In this document: piece after piece, positions 46,773-55,902 of the stretch
Layout: each line of letters starts with the position of its first letter
Numbering within the stretch: the stretch's first letter is position 1
Notes under the pieces: generated by a model
Databases searched by the model: none
Told to the model about the DNA's origin: nothing
Seen by the model: the letters and a program-made list of their open reading frames with translations, nothing else
Position numbers and translations under genes: made by a program
DNA from: an uncultured Candidatus Saccharibacteria bacterium
Lineage (GTDB): Bacteria; Patescibacteriota; Minisyncoccia; UBA6257; GWB1-50-10
Direction: 5' to 3'
NCBI GenBank assembly: GCA_964365955.1
Contig: CAYISA010000001.1
Span: 18,607 to 82,606, forward strand
DNA length: 64,000 nucleotides

Positions 46773-46831
46773 ATGAATCTAAGGGTCGAAAAACCCTAAG
46801 GGCATACATAATGGACGTAAGCGCCAAAGAA

Positions 46832-47683
46832 TTATTCGCCGTCGCAGAAACAGAGCACGCAGTCGGCAGAATTCCAGCCACCCTCGAAGTAGCCGAGGTT
46901 GAACTCGTAGTCACCGACCGAGAGGCGGTACACGTGCGGCACCCTGTGGTCACCGTCGGGGTCTTTCCAGAGCGCTTCCTTCTTATCAAAGGAGAGGGTC
47001 CACTTGCCGACCGGAAACTCGTCTTTCTTGAGTTGCCAGGCAAGCGAGAGACCATGGGCTCCGACAAAGATCGCTTTCTCGCGGGCATACACTCCCATCA
47101 ATTCCTCCGAGGTGGATCGAGAACCGATGTTCACGATCTTGACCTTGTAAGTTTTGCCGGGGACAAGCTTCTGCGTCGCGTTCCGGAAATTCTTGTCGGT
47201 CACGTCATCGTTGAAGGAGTAGAAATCTCTGAGCTTCAACGAGTCGAGCTGTCTCTCGTGCCGATAGTTCTTCGGAACCGTGAGAGAGAAGGTCTTCAAG
47301 ACCATGAATCTCTGGAGGAGAAGCTGCTTTCGCGCTTTCTCCTGCCAGTCCTTCGGACCGTTCTTCACAATATACTCGAGATCATCCGTCTGAAATGCGC
47401 CGGAGGCAAACATCTTGCCCCAATGCGCGTCGAAATTCTGAAGCTTCTTTGCGATCTCTTCGGGAACCTTGTGGAGATTCCAGAAATCCCGGACTTCGTG
47501 CTCGCGGCCTTTGCCGTCCAGTTCGAAGAATAGATCGATGGCACCATGACCCAAGACATCGTTATCACGACACTCCGTGAATTTCTTTTTCCCCTCTTCG
47601 GAGAAAACCTCTTTGTCGGTGAGATAGAAAAGCACGGAGGTACCATTCTTCTCTACCTTTTTCCATGATATGAAATCGCACAT
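46832..47683 (-). CDS. DGR target protein 2 (VR at C-terminus)
   Basis: 283 aa from MCDFISW (GGAAGGAG Shine-Dalgarno sequence 7 nt upstream). C-terminus GDHRVPHVYRLSVGDYEFNLGYFEGGWNSADCVLCFCDGE is encoded by VR2. The central region is paralogous to target 1 (FSLTVPKNY...LVPGKTYKVK). Confidence 0.75.
   Translation of the reverse strand: MCDFISWKKVEKNGTSVLFYLTDKEVFSEEGKKKFTECRDNDVLGHGAIDLFFELDGKGREHEVRDFWNLHKVPEEIAKKLQNFDAHWGKMFASGAFQTDDLEYIVKNGPKDWQEKARKQLLLQRFMVLKTFSLTVPKNYRHERQLDSLKLRDFYSFNDDVTDKNFRNATQKLVPGKTYKVKIVNIGSRSTSEELMGVYAREKAIFVGAHGLSLAWQLKKDEFPVGKWTLSFDKKEALWKDPDGDHRVPHVYRLSVGDYEFNLGYFEGGWNSADCVLCFCDGE
46839..46962 (-). repeat. DGR variable repeat VR2
   Basis: Aligns with the TR. 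~19 differences, all at TR adenine positions (coding strand) except one boundary position. Confidence 0.85.
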
Positions 47684-48023
47684 ATGTGACTCCTTCCTAG
47701 GAATTGTGAGGGAAACAGTGTATTTAGTTCGTAAGGTTTCTGACACCAGGTTAGCATATTGTTTCTATTTTGTCAAATCTATGTAGCAAAAGCATATAGA
47801 ACAGAGGTATTTAGCTGCTCTAGTATTCCTTACTATCTCTGTAAAATCTTTGGAAATAACGGAAAATGTGGTAGGAATAATCAAGTTAATACAATCGCTC
47901 GTAGGTCTGGAATATAAATTGATGTATCATTTCTCCTCTCAAATGCGGTTTTAACATCGTCCACTAGCCCGCGCAAGTGAAAAGAAATAAAAATCCCCGC
48001 GTAAAACGCGGAGATTATTTCCG

Positions 48024-48194
48024 TTTGGGACAGTTTTTCTTATGGATTTTTTCGAATTCAAAACGGATATGTTTATTGCAGTAAACACAGTAGGAACAGG
48101 GACAGCTATGCTTGGCGCCTCCTAAATGACACCGGCATCTGCATTCTTCAGAGGAATGCGGAGGTATCACCTTCATTCTTTTCATGCGGTTTTT
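48024..48194 (-). CDS. small Cys/His-rich protein (56 aa; not in the ORF track because it is under 60 aa)
   Basis: Hand translation gives MKRMKVIPPHSSEECRCRCHLGGAKHSCPCSYCVYCNKHIRFEFEKIHKKNCPKRK. AGGAA Shine-Dalgarno-like sequence upstream. A ccgcgttttacgcgg hairpin plus U-tract terminator lies immediately downstream. Starts 55 nt after the gatA stop. Confidence 0.35.
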
Positions 48195-48248
48195 CCTGTC
48201 TGAAATTTTGAATAACGCTATCTAGATAATAGCACGTCAGAGAAAAAT

Positions 48249-49670
48249 TTACCGATTCTTTTCGTAATACATTCCCAAGCTTAAAATATCCGCCTCGTGA
48301 AAATGCTTTCCGATCAGTTGAAATCCTACGGGCAATTTCTTGTCTTCTATTTTGTAGTCGCGTACGGGAATCGAAATCGCGGGAACGCCTGCAAGGTTAG
48401 CGGGGATCGTAAAAACATCGGAAAGATACATTGCCATAGGATCATCTATTTTTTCGCCGATTTTAAATGCGGTCGTGGGGGTTGTGGGAGCAAATAAAAT
48501 GTCCACCTCCTTAAACGCTCTATCAAAATCTTCCTTAATCAGGTGGCGCACTTTTTGTGCCTTAGCATAATACGCATCATAATACCCCGATGAAAGAACA
48601 AACGTCCCCAGTAAAATCCTGCGCCGAGCCTCCGTGCCGAATCCAAGCCCTCGATTTTTGAAATAAAGATCGCGGAGCGATGGAGAAGATTCCGGCGTCT
48701 CTTTGATGCGCGCGTAACGAATTCCATCAAATCGCGCTAGATTGGCGCTCACCTCCGCCGGCATAATAATGTAATAGACCGAAAGCGCGTATTTGGTGTT
48801 CGGCAAACTTATTTCTTTCATTTTGAATCCCTTGCGCTCAAATACCTTGCGAGCTACTTCAATCTCTTTTTCCACGCGGCTTTCCAAACCGCCTGTAAAA
48901 TATTCTTTCGGAATTCCGATCGTGAGTTGTTTGGGATCTTTTTTCTCTATGTCAGAAAGTGAAAAATCGAAATCCACGCTGGTGGAATCGTACTCATCTT
49001 TCCCGCGTATTGCGTCAAAAAGAATCGCGGCGTCTTCCACGGTTTTGGTGAAAGGACCGATCTGGTCAAGACTGGACGCCATTGCGATAAGCCCAAAACG
49101 TGAAACGGCACCATAGGTAGGTTTGAGTCCTACTACGCCGCAAAAGGCGGCCGGCTGGCGAATGGACCCGCCCGTATCGGAGCCGAAAGCCCCGAGTGCC
49201 ATACCAGCCGCGACAGCTACCGCCGAACCTCCGGAAGAACCACCGGGCGTGCGTTTCAAATCGTACGGATTTTTTGTTACCTGAAATGCCGAGTTTTCGG
49301 TAGAGGACCCCATTGCGAATTCATCCAAATTGGTTTTCCCCAAAATCACCGCGCCCGCATGATTCAATTTCTGTACCACAGTTGCGTCATAACTCGCTTC
49401 ATAAGACTCTAAAATCTTGGAGGCCGCTGTTGTGCGCATTCCCAAAAAAAGCATGTTGTCTTTGATCGCGAGCGGCACTCCTGCGAGCGTGCCCGATGGA
49501 GCTTCCGCCTTCTTCGGCGTCTCACTTTCAAAAACAGTTAGATACGCTTGTAAATCCACATCTTTTGTCCGGATGGCATTCAAAAACTCTTCGGTAATTT
49601 CTTGTGCCGAGAATGTTTTTGCTTTCAATCCTTCCAGGAAACTTTTGATCGTGAGGGTAGAAATATCCAT
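48249..49670 (-). CDS. gatA: Glu-tRNA(Gln)/Asp-tRNA(Asn) amidotransferase subunit A
   Basis: Amidase signature GGSSGGSAVAVAAG...GSDTGGSIRQPA, 473 aa, downstream of gatC. Confidence 0.9.
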   Translation of the reverse strand: MDISTLTIKSFLEGLKAKTFSAQEITEEFLNAIRTKDVDLQAYLTVFESETPKKAEAPSGTLAGVPLAIKDNMLFLGMRTTAASKILESYEASYDATVVQKLNHAGAVILGKTNLDEFAMGSSTENSAFQVTKNPYDLKRTPGGSSGGSAVAVAAGMALGAFGSDTGGSIRQPAAFCGVVGLKPTYGAVSRFGLIAMASSLDQIGPFTKTVEDAAILFDAIRGKDEYDSTSVDFDFSLSDIEKKDPKQLTIGIPKEYFTGGLESRVEKEIEVARKVFERKGFKMKEISLPNTKYALSVYYIIMPAEVSANLARFDGIRYARIKETPESSPSLRDLYFKNRGLGFGTEARRRILLGTFVLSSGYYDAYYAKAQKVRHLIKEDFDRAFKEVDILFAPTTPTTAFKIGEKIDDPMAMYLSDVFTIPANLAGVPAISIPVRDYKIEDKKLPVGFQLIGKHFHEADILSLGMYYEKNR

Positions 49671-49675
49671 ACGCG

Positions 49676-49957
49676 CTATTCGAAAACCGGAGGCGTTTTT
49701 AGGAAACCTTCCGCCCGCTCGGAAAAATCTTCAGTTGCCTTTTCGCCTTCGATTTGTTCGCCATTATCGGCACGAAATACATTCTCATTCAATGTGCCGC
49801 CCACCATTGGCTCAATGCCGGCTGTATCGACTTCCTTCAATTCTTCAAAATGCTCCAAAATTTTCTCGAGGTCGCCGCGCAAGCGCCCTTCTTCCTCTTT
49901 AGAAAGTTCGATGCGCGCCAACTCTGCCAAATTATGGATCTCTTTTTCTGAAATCAT
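49676..49957 (-). CDS. gatC: Glu-tRNA(Gln)/Asp-tRNA(Asn) amidotransferase subunit C
   Basis: 93 aa, MISEKEIHNLAELARIELSKEEEGRLRGDLEKILEHFEELKEVD is typical of GatC. Confidence 0.8.
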   Translation of the reverse strand: MISEKEIHNLAELARIELSKEEEGRLRGDLEKILEHFEELKEVDTAGIEPMVGGTLNENVFRADNGEQIEGEKATEDFSERAEGFLKTPPVFE

Positions 49958-50583
49958 GGCTTTGCATCAAGTAGCGGACCGCTGACACTCGGAGGTAATA
50001 AATCTATCTTCTTAAGAAAATTACTTTGGATTTCTTCGGGAGTTAGACCGGGAGGGAAATCCAGTTCTTGTAACGCCTCTTCGGGTTTTCTGCCTTGATA
50101 ATCAATAAGTTCGCGATACTTTCTCAACCGCGAAAACGCGTATTCCATTGCCGCAACATCAATGCGATTCAAGAGTTTTCTTGTGACATTCCCCCTTTTC
50201 AGCTCTTCCTTGGTAAACTGCGGAGCCTCAATGTCCAAGCGCGCGTTTAAATTGCCCCCCAACATAAGATTTAGTGTAGAAAAAACATTCGCTAACTGAT
50301 GTTGATCGGATATTTGAGGAGCGTGATCGGTATCTTCTTCTTTTTTAATTTCCAACTTCTCCTTTTTCTCTAATAAATAATCGAGCGTTGTGCTCGCATA
50401 GTTCAAGGAGTAGGTTTTTGCCCTAAGGAGCTGCTCTCCGAATATTTGTCGCTTCTCTGGGTCAGAAATCTCATCCCGCAATAGAGAAAGGTTATCAAAA
50501 AGACTTCCATCCATTGGAATAATCCTCGGCTCATCTTTTTTCGCTTCCGGTGAAAATCCCGCGTCCTGCATTTCTTTCGACAT
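49954..50583 (-). CDS. hypothetical protein (209 aa), co-oriented between ligA and gatC
   Basis: Acidic/helical, no recognisable motif. Start overlaps the gatC start region (ATGA-type overlap). Confidence 0.4.
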   Translation of the reverse strand: MSKEMQDAGFSPEAKKDEPRIIPMDGSLFDNLSLLRDEISDPEKRQIFGEQLLRAKTYSLNYASTTLDYLLEKKEKLEIKKEEDTDHAPQISDQHQLANVFSTLNLMLGGNLNARLDIEAPQFTKEELKRGNVTRKLLNRIDVAAMEYAFSRLRKYRELIDYQGRKPEEALQELDFPPGLTPEEIQSNFLKKIDLLPPSVSGPLLDAKP

Positions 50584-50604
50584 CCCTAATACAATAGAGC
50601 CGTG

Positions 50605-52653
50605 CTATTCTTTCGTCAACCTGAGCAGCGCCAGAAAATCTTTTTCGCTAAGGATGCGCACGCCGAGCGTTTTTGCCTTCTCGTATTTTGAACCCGGATC
50701 GGTGCCCGCAATCACAAAATCCGTTTTGCGGGAAACGCTTTCCGACAGTCTTCCTCCCTCTGCTTGGATTTTTTCTTTTGCCAGCTCCCGTGACATGGAC
50801 GCAAGCGATCCCGTAAGAACGAAGGTTCTTTCCGACCACTTCCCCTCCGACGCGAGTCGCGCATCTTCCTTGAACACAACGCCAACTTTTTCCAACCGCT
50901 CAAGAAACTTCTGATTTTTCTTATCCAAAAACCACGCCTGAATACTTTCCGCTACTTTCGGTCCAATATCTTTTACGTTCTCCAGCCGGCCTAGAGAAAG
51001 CGCGGAATACGTTTTTTGCAATTCTTTGATTGACTGCGCGGAAAATTCTTTTGCAAGCAAACGCGCGGTTTCTTCTCCAACATGAAGAATCCCTAAACTG
51101 AAAAGGAAACGTGAGAGCGTAATTTTTTTATGCTTTGTAATCTCTTCAACGATATTTTTTGCGGATTTTTCTCCAAAACGCTCCAACATCATAATGTCTC
51201 CTTCTTTGAGAACGAAAATGTCCGCGGCATCGACAATCAAGCCCTCGTCCAGAAACCGATCCACGATATTCGGACCCAAGCCATCTATATTAAAGACAGA
51301 ACGCCCCACAAAATGATAGAGGTGTTCGCGAAATCGCGCCCCGCAATGCGAATTCGAACAATGATACAGCACGCCCTCGCGTACCACAGGCGAGCCGTCA
51401 ACCGGGCATTTGTCCGGCATCCGGAACTTCTTTTCTTTTCCCGTCCGCAGTTCCGGGAGCACCCGCATCACTTGGGGAATGACGTCTCCCGCCCGGCTCA
51501 CAATCACCGTGTCTCCCACTCGTACATCCAATCTCTCAATCTCATCGGCGTTATGCAAAGTCGCGTGCGTAATCGTGACGCCCCCCACTTCCACGGGCTG
51601 GAGTACTGCCACCGGAGTCAACACACCCGTTCGCCCCACCTGCACTTTAATTTCTTCTACCATGGTCGTCGCTTCTTTCGGCGAAAATTTATACGCGGCC
51701 GCGGCGCGTGGCGCTTTCCCGATAACTCCTCCGCGCCTGAAAATTTCGTTGTCGTTTATAATCACGACCGTACCGTCAATCTCGTATGGCAATGAATCCC
51801 TCTTTTTTCCCCATAGATTGCGAAAAGAAAACACATCTTTCAATGTTCCAACTTTCCTATTATGGGGATTTATCGCGAACCCCCACGAAGCAAGAACTTT
51901 GTGATACTCTTCGTGCGTTTTCACGGAAAAGGAAAGGGGGCTCACAATGTCATATTGGAAAGAACTCATCCGACGCGACGCGGCTACGCCTGGATCCAGC
52001 TGTCGAATAGACCCCGCAACAAGATTTCTGGGGTTCGCATACGGCTTTAGATCTTTTTTGAGTTGTTCGCGGTTAATCCACTCGAATTCTTTTGTCGTGA
52101 TATAAATTTCCCCACGCACAACAAGATGTTCGGGAATAGGATAGTTCCCCAGCGCCTCCAATTGGTGGGGTAATGTGCTGACTGTATGTACATTTTGTGT
52201 TACATCTTCTCCGATCCGTCCATCGCCGCGCGTGGACGCTTGCACCAACATGCCTTTTTCGTAAATACATTCAATGGCGAGTCCATCAATTTTAAGTTCG
52301 CAATAATAGCCGTTTTTCTCTATTGCACCCGCGGAAACGTCAAGGTAATTTAGAAGCCGCTCGCGCCATTTCTGCATTTCAGTTTCCGAAAATGCATCAT
52401 TTAACGACAACATCGGCGCTTCATGAGAAACTTTTTTGAACGCGTCGAGCGGTTTGCCGCCCACGGTCTGGGTGGGGGATCCAAATTCCGCGAACTCCGG
52501 ATAATTTCGCTCCAGTTCAAGAAGCTCATTTTTTAGGGCATCAAGCGCAGAATCCGAAATCTCCGGCGCGTCAAACACATGATAGAGCGTCCGATGATAT
52601 TCAATCAATTTCCGCAGTTTTTGAATGCGTTCTTTGGCTGTTTTCTTATCCAT
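50605..52653 (-). CDS. ligA: NAD-dependent DNA ligase
   Basis: Adenylation motif ELKIDGLAIECIYEKG (KxDG), Zn-finger Cys cluster (CPVDGSPV...CSNSHCGA), HhH and C-terminal BRCT domains, 682 aa. Confidence 0.9.
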   Translation of the reverse strand: MDKKTAKERIQKLRKLIEYHRTLYHVFDAPEISDSALDALKNELLELERNYPEFAEFGSPTQTVGGKPLDAFKKVSHEAPMLSLNDAFSETEMQKWRERLLNYLDVSAGAIEKNGYYCELKIDGLAIECIYEKGMLVQASTRGDGRIGEDVTQNVHTVSTLPHQLEALGNYPIPEHLVVRGEIYITTKEFEWINREQLKKDLKPYANPRNLVAGSIRQLDPGVAASRRMSSFQYDIVSPLSFSVKTHEEYHKVLASWGFAINPHNRKVGTLKDVFSFRNLWGKKRDSLPYEIDGTVVIINDNEIFRRGGVIGKAPRAAAAYKFSPKEATTMVEEIKVQVGRTGVLTPVAVLQPVEVGGVTITHATLHNADEIERLDVRVGDTVIVSRAGDVIPQVMRVLPELRTGKEKKFRMPDKCPVDGSPVVREGVLYHCSNSHCGARFREHLYHFVGRSVFNIDGLGPNIVDRFLDEGLIVDAADIFVLKEGDIMMLERFGEKSAKNIVEEITKHKKITLSRFLFSLGILHVGEETARLLAKEFSAQSIKELQKTYSALSLGRLENVKDIGPKVAESIQAWFLDKKNQKFLERLEKVGVVFKEDARLASEGKWSERTFVLTGSLASMSRELAKEKIQAEGGRLSESVSRKTDFVIAGTDPGSKYEKAKTLGVRILSEKDFLALLRLTKE

Positions 52654-52659
52654 AACGTT

Positions 52660-53079
52660 TTATAGTTGGAGGGGAAGAATGGTTTCCACCGAACGTATGG
52701 CGTTCGTAGAATCCGCTTCCGCGCTGATACGCGCTTCTTTTTTTCCTGTTACAGGATTATCGGAAACCTCTGCCACTTTTACGAACAAGTGTATTCCCGG
52801 ATCATCAAATGTGGTAGACGCATACGAACTACAATTAGGCTGCGAAGTGGGATTACTGACAAGAAAATCTTTTTGCTGAATTACACAGTAGCTTTCTGAC
52901 TCGAGTCCCGCGTCCGCTGCAAAAAGCGCCTTCGCGGAATTTGCCGCGTCGTTTGTCTGGCGAATCTGATACTTCATCAGAAGCCCCGCGATCGCCGTGG
53001 CACTTAACAAAATCCCCCCGAGCATCATAACGCTCATGAGTAAAATCTGTCCGGACTTTTTATTGGTGTTATACGTCAT
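52660..53079 (-). CDS. PilX-like minor pilin / pilus assembly protein
   Basis: N-terminus KKSGQILLMSVMMLGGILLSATAIAGL (pilin-like hydrophobic anchor), 139 aa. First gene after ligA in pilus cluster 2. Confidence 0.5.
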   Translation of the reverse strand: MTYNTNKKSGQILLMSVMMLGGILLSATAIAGLLMKYQIRQTNDAANSAKALFAADAGLESESYCVIQQKDFLVSNPTSQPNCSSYASTTFDDPGIHLFVKVAEVSDNPVTGKKEARISAEADSTNAIRSVETILPLQL

Positions 53080-53082
53080 GAA

Positions 53083-53697
53083 TTAGTTCGAACCCGCCTC
53101 TGCCTCGAATGGCAGAAAACGCGCGCTCACGGTCGTCTGAATATTTTCAACCATAGTCGGGGAAGTGATATTTATGGGTGAAACCGTCATGCGAATCGTA
53201 ACTCGCCACGGTAATTCAAATGCAGGCGCTCTTTGGTCTTGCATGGAAAAATCGAAATGTTGCACATTAACATTCGGCGCCGTAATGGCTTTGAACTCCC
53301 CGCCTCCTTCTTTTCTCTCAATGCTTGTACTTGCGATATTGTATCGATACGCCACCGTCACAAGCTCGTTTCCCCGCATGCGTTGGAACTCAATATTATC
53401 GTCACCTATCGCAGGGAAACGAGTGGTACAGGTTGGGTGAGGTAACGCATTAGGATCAACGGTATGGCAAAAATTCCGTCCTGCCCGAATCTCCCGGGCA
53501 ATCTGCTCTAGTACCAAACTCATATTGTTGTTCACGGCAATCATAGCCGCTACCGAACGCTGGGTTCTAATACTCTGCATAAACCCACCCGTCACAAGTC
53601 CCAAAACTGCCACAAAAACAGAAAGTGCCACAAGCAATTCCACGATTGTAAATCCATTTTTTTTGTTACGGTATTTCATATTAAAATTTATCTCCAA
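53083..53697 (-). CDS. pseudopilin (PilW/GspJ-like)
   Basis: KKNGFTIVELLVALSVFVAVLGLV class III signal. 204 aa. Confidence 0.75.
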   Translation of the reverse strand: MEINFNMKYRNKKNGFTIVELLVALSVFVAVLGLVTGGFMQSIRTQRSVAAMIAVNNNMSLVLEQIAREIRAGRNFCHTVDPNALPHPTCTTRFPAIGDDNIEFQRMRGNELVTVAYRYNIASTSIERKEGGGEFKAITAPNVNVQHFDFSMQDQRAPAFELPWRVTIRMTVSPINITSPTMVENIQTTVSARFLPFEAEAGSN

Positions 53698-54320
53698 TCA
53701 TAGGCGTAATCTTCCATAGTAATCTCTCGCGGTCCGCTTTGTGAATTCCAAAACACCTTGGAATTAAACTTTATTCTTTTAGTGGGTTCTCCAGAAACAA
53801 AAATGGTGGTAATGACACGTTTAAAAGGAGTTGGCGTGCCTCCCGCCGCATAGCTGTATGTTTTACTAGCGGGGTCAAAAAGAATGGGGGTACTATCCGC
53901 AGGAGTAAGCAAAGTTTTTATTTTTTCGGAGTCAACCGAAGCAACACACGTGCTTCCATCGGAAGCGAAAGAGGTGCCGACACTGCGACACGTAAAATCT
54001 CTTAGCGACGTGTCATACTGCATCTGATAATCATTCCTTCCTTCCGAAAATAAACCATTCCATGGTGTGTGAGGATCAGTCCCATTCGTATAATTTTCAT
54101 CCACCAGACCGCGTACAATCTCAATTCCCTCGCTTGCCAAAAACGTTGCGATAAAACGCTCGCTTACTTCCCTGCTTTTTGCCATCGAGTTGGTTAAAAG
54201 CGCCAGAACGCCAAGAATGCCCACCACTCCAACAACGGAGGCAACCATCGCCTCTACCATAATCTGTCCGTTTCTTTTCATAAAATTATTCAGTAATTTG
54301 ACCGCTTTCCGTGATACCAA
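53688..54320 (-). CDS. pseudopilin (PilV/GspI-like)
   Basis: KRNGQIMVEAMVASVVGVVGILGVLAL class III-like signal. Probable start MKRNGQ at 54281. Confidence 0.65.
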   Translation of the reverse strand: MVSRKAVKLLNNFMKRNGQIMVEAMVASVVGVVGILGVLALLTNSMAKSREVSERFIATFLASEGIEIVRGLVDENYTNGTDPHTPWNGLFSEGRNDYQMQYDTSLRDFTCRSVGTSFASDGSTCVASVDSEKIKTLLTPADSTPILFDPASKTYSYAAGGTPTPFKRVITTIFVSGEPTKRIKFNSKVFWNSQSGPREITMEDYAYDWR

Positions 54321-54888
54321 TCTTCGAAATAAGCGTTCCCTGCTTCAGCGAAAGCTGGATCTCAAGCGGAAACAGAAACGCCGTGCCAACACTATCGGTT
54401 GACGTAGGAATAGGGTCCGGAGGAATAAACAGAACATCGAATTCATTTGGAGAAGAGGTATCGCCATCTTTTAACGAAAATTGGATTCGCGGGTCCGGGA
54501 CATAACTGCCGTCATCCGGAAACGCGATATCTTCGGCCGAATCGTAATAACGGTTCCCTTGATACACGCCCCGTACCTTACATAGGCCGTTCAAACCCGC
54601 CACATCGCCGAATAAAAGTGCTTGTTGACTTGCCGCATCAAAGTGAACCCCGAACGCGCATACCTCGCGCTCCGAAACCGCATTGGTCGCGGAAAAACGC
54701 TGGAGGGTCATGGATTTTGCGCGGTAGAGAAGCCCGCTTACGATCGCGCTGTCATGAATCATGGCAAGTTGATCGCGTGCTACGCTTTGCGACGTGACTA
54801 AAATTCCGGAAAGAATTATGAGAACCGCAAGCACCACCCCGATTTCCACAAGCGTCATACCGCGTCGTCGCGCGTTCATATCCTCCAT
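54286..54888 (-). CDS. pseudopilin (GspH/FimT-like)
   Basis: RRRGMTLVEIGVVLAVLIILSGIL class III signal. 200 aa. Confidence 0.7.
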   Translation of the reverse strand: MEDMNARRRGMTLVEIGVVLAVLIILSGILVTSQSVARDQLAMIHDSAIVSGLLYRAKSMTLQRFSATNAVSEREVCAFGVHFDAASQQALLFGDVAGLNGLCKVRGVYQGNRYYDSAEDIAFPDDGSYVPDPRIQFSLKDGDTSSPNEFDVLFIPPDPIPTSTDSVGTAFLFPLEIQLSLKQGTLISKIGITESGQITE

Positions 54889-54918
54889 ATACGTTATTAT
54901 ACTAAAAAATCGGGGTGA

Positions 54919-55902
54919 TTACCCTCCAAAGACGGAGAAATAGAATTGGACGATGGGAACGCCCCCAAAAACAGTAAGGGCGCTACCCGCCACAAAAAAC
55001 GGCGCAAATGGTAGCATGTCTTTCATGGTCTTTTTTTTCTGTACCATGCAATAGAGTCCCACTAAGCCCCCCACCATAAACGAAAGGGCGATCACCACCG
55101 TAATATCCGGCCATCCGAAAAGAATTCCTGCCGCGAGTGCCAATTTTACGTCTCCGAACCCCATCGCGCGTCCGCTACTAAAAGCATAAAGCGCGTAAAA
55201 AAGCAGGCCCGCGATGCCTGCGGCAAGCAGACGATTTACCATCACATTCAAAACTTGCGGGAAAAGCATCGCGTAATGCCCTAAGAATGAATGGCTGAAG
55301 GCAAAAAGAAAGTCAGTGTGAGTGCCAACAAGAAAAGCAATGAGCACCCCCAGAATCCCCAAACCCCAGGAAAGCTCGTTCGGGATGATGTAGTGTTTCA
55401 AATCAACCGCCGCCATCACAAGCCAGATTAAAAAAACCAACACCCACGATACAACAAGACCGTAATACCAAAGCGGTGACGCGCCACCCAAAAATACCGC
55501 GTTCGGAATTTTCCAAAACCCGTTCAGAAAAAACGGGACAAACGCAAAAATACATCCCGTGAGGATCTCGACGAGCGGATACTGAAATGAAATCCGCGCT
55601 TTACAGCCACGGCACCGGGCGCCCTGCACAATAAAACTAAAAACAGGGATGAGTTCGAGGGGGCCGAGCGTTCTCCCGCAGGCGGGACAGTGTGACCGAC
55701 CTCTAAGTTTTTGAAAAGAAAAAAGCGATCCGTTTTTAGGATCGTTGGGATCGTATCGTACTATAAGCACATTGATAAAACTTCCAAAAAACAAACCCAG
55801 TCCTAAAAGCAGTATCCACCCCCACTCCGTCATAGATTTGATTAACGCCCGAACTGGCTCCCTAACGCGACACAGTAGGCATTCTGATCCGCACACGTAC
55901 AC
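54919..55902 (-). CDS. pilD: prepilin peptidase (A24 family)
   Basis: N-terminal tetra-Cys zinc motif (HCPACGRT...CRGCKARI), polytopic membrane body with conserved Asp residues. The start may be MTEWGW at 55833; the track ORF extends to 55902 and overlaps the upstream pilin. Confidence 0.8.
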   Translation of the reverse strand: MYVCGSECLLCRVREPVRALIKSMTEWGWILLLGLGLFFGSFINVLIVRYDPNDPKNGSLFSFQKLRGRSHCPACGRTLGPLELIPVFSFIVQGARCRGCKARISFQYPLVEILTGCIFAFVPFFLNGFWKIPNAVFLGGASPLWYYGLVVSWVLVFLIWLVMAAVDLKHYIIPNELSWGLGILGVLIAFLVGTHTDFLFAFSHSFLGHYAMLFPQVLNVMVNRLLAAGIAGLLFYALYAFSSGRAMGFGDVKLALAAGILFGWPDITVVIALSFMVGGLVGLYCMVQKKKTMKDMLPFAPFFVAGSALTVFGGVPIVQFYFSVFGG

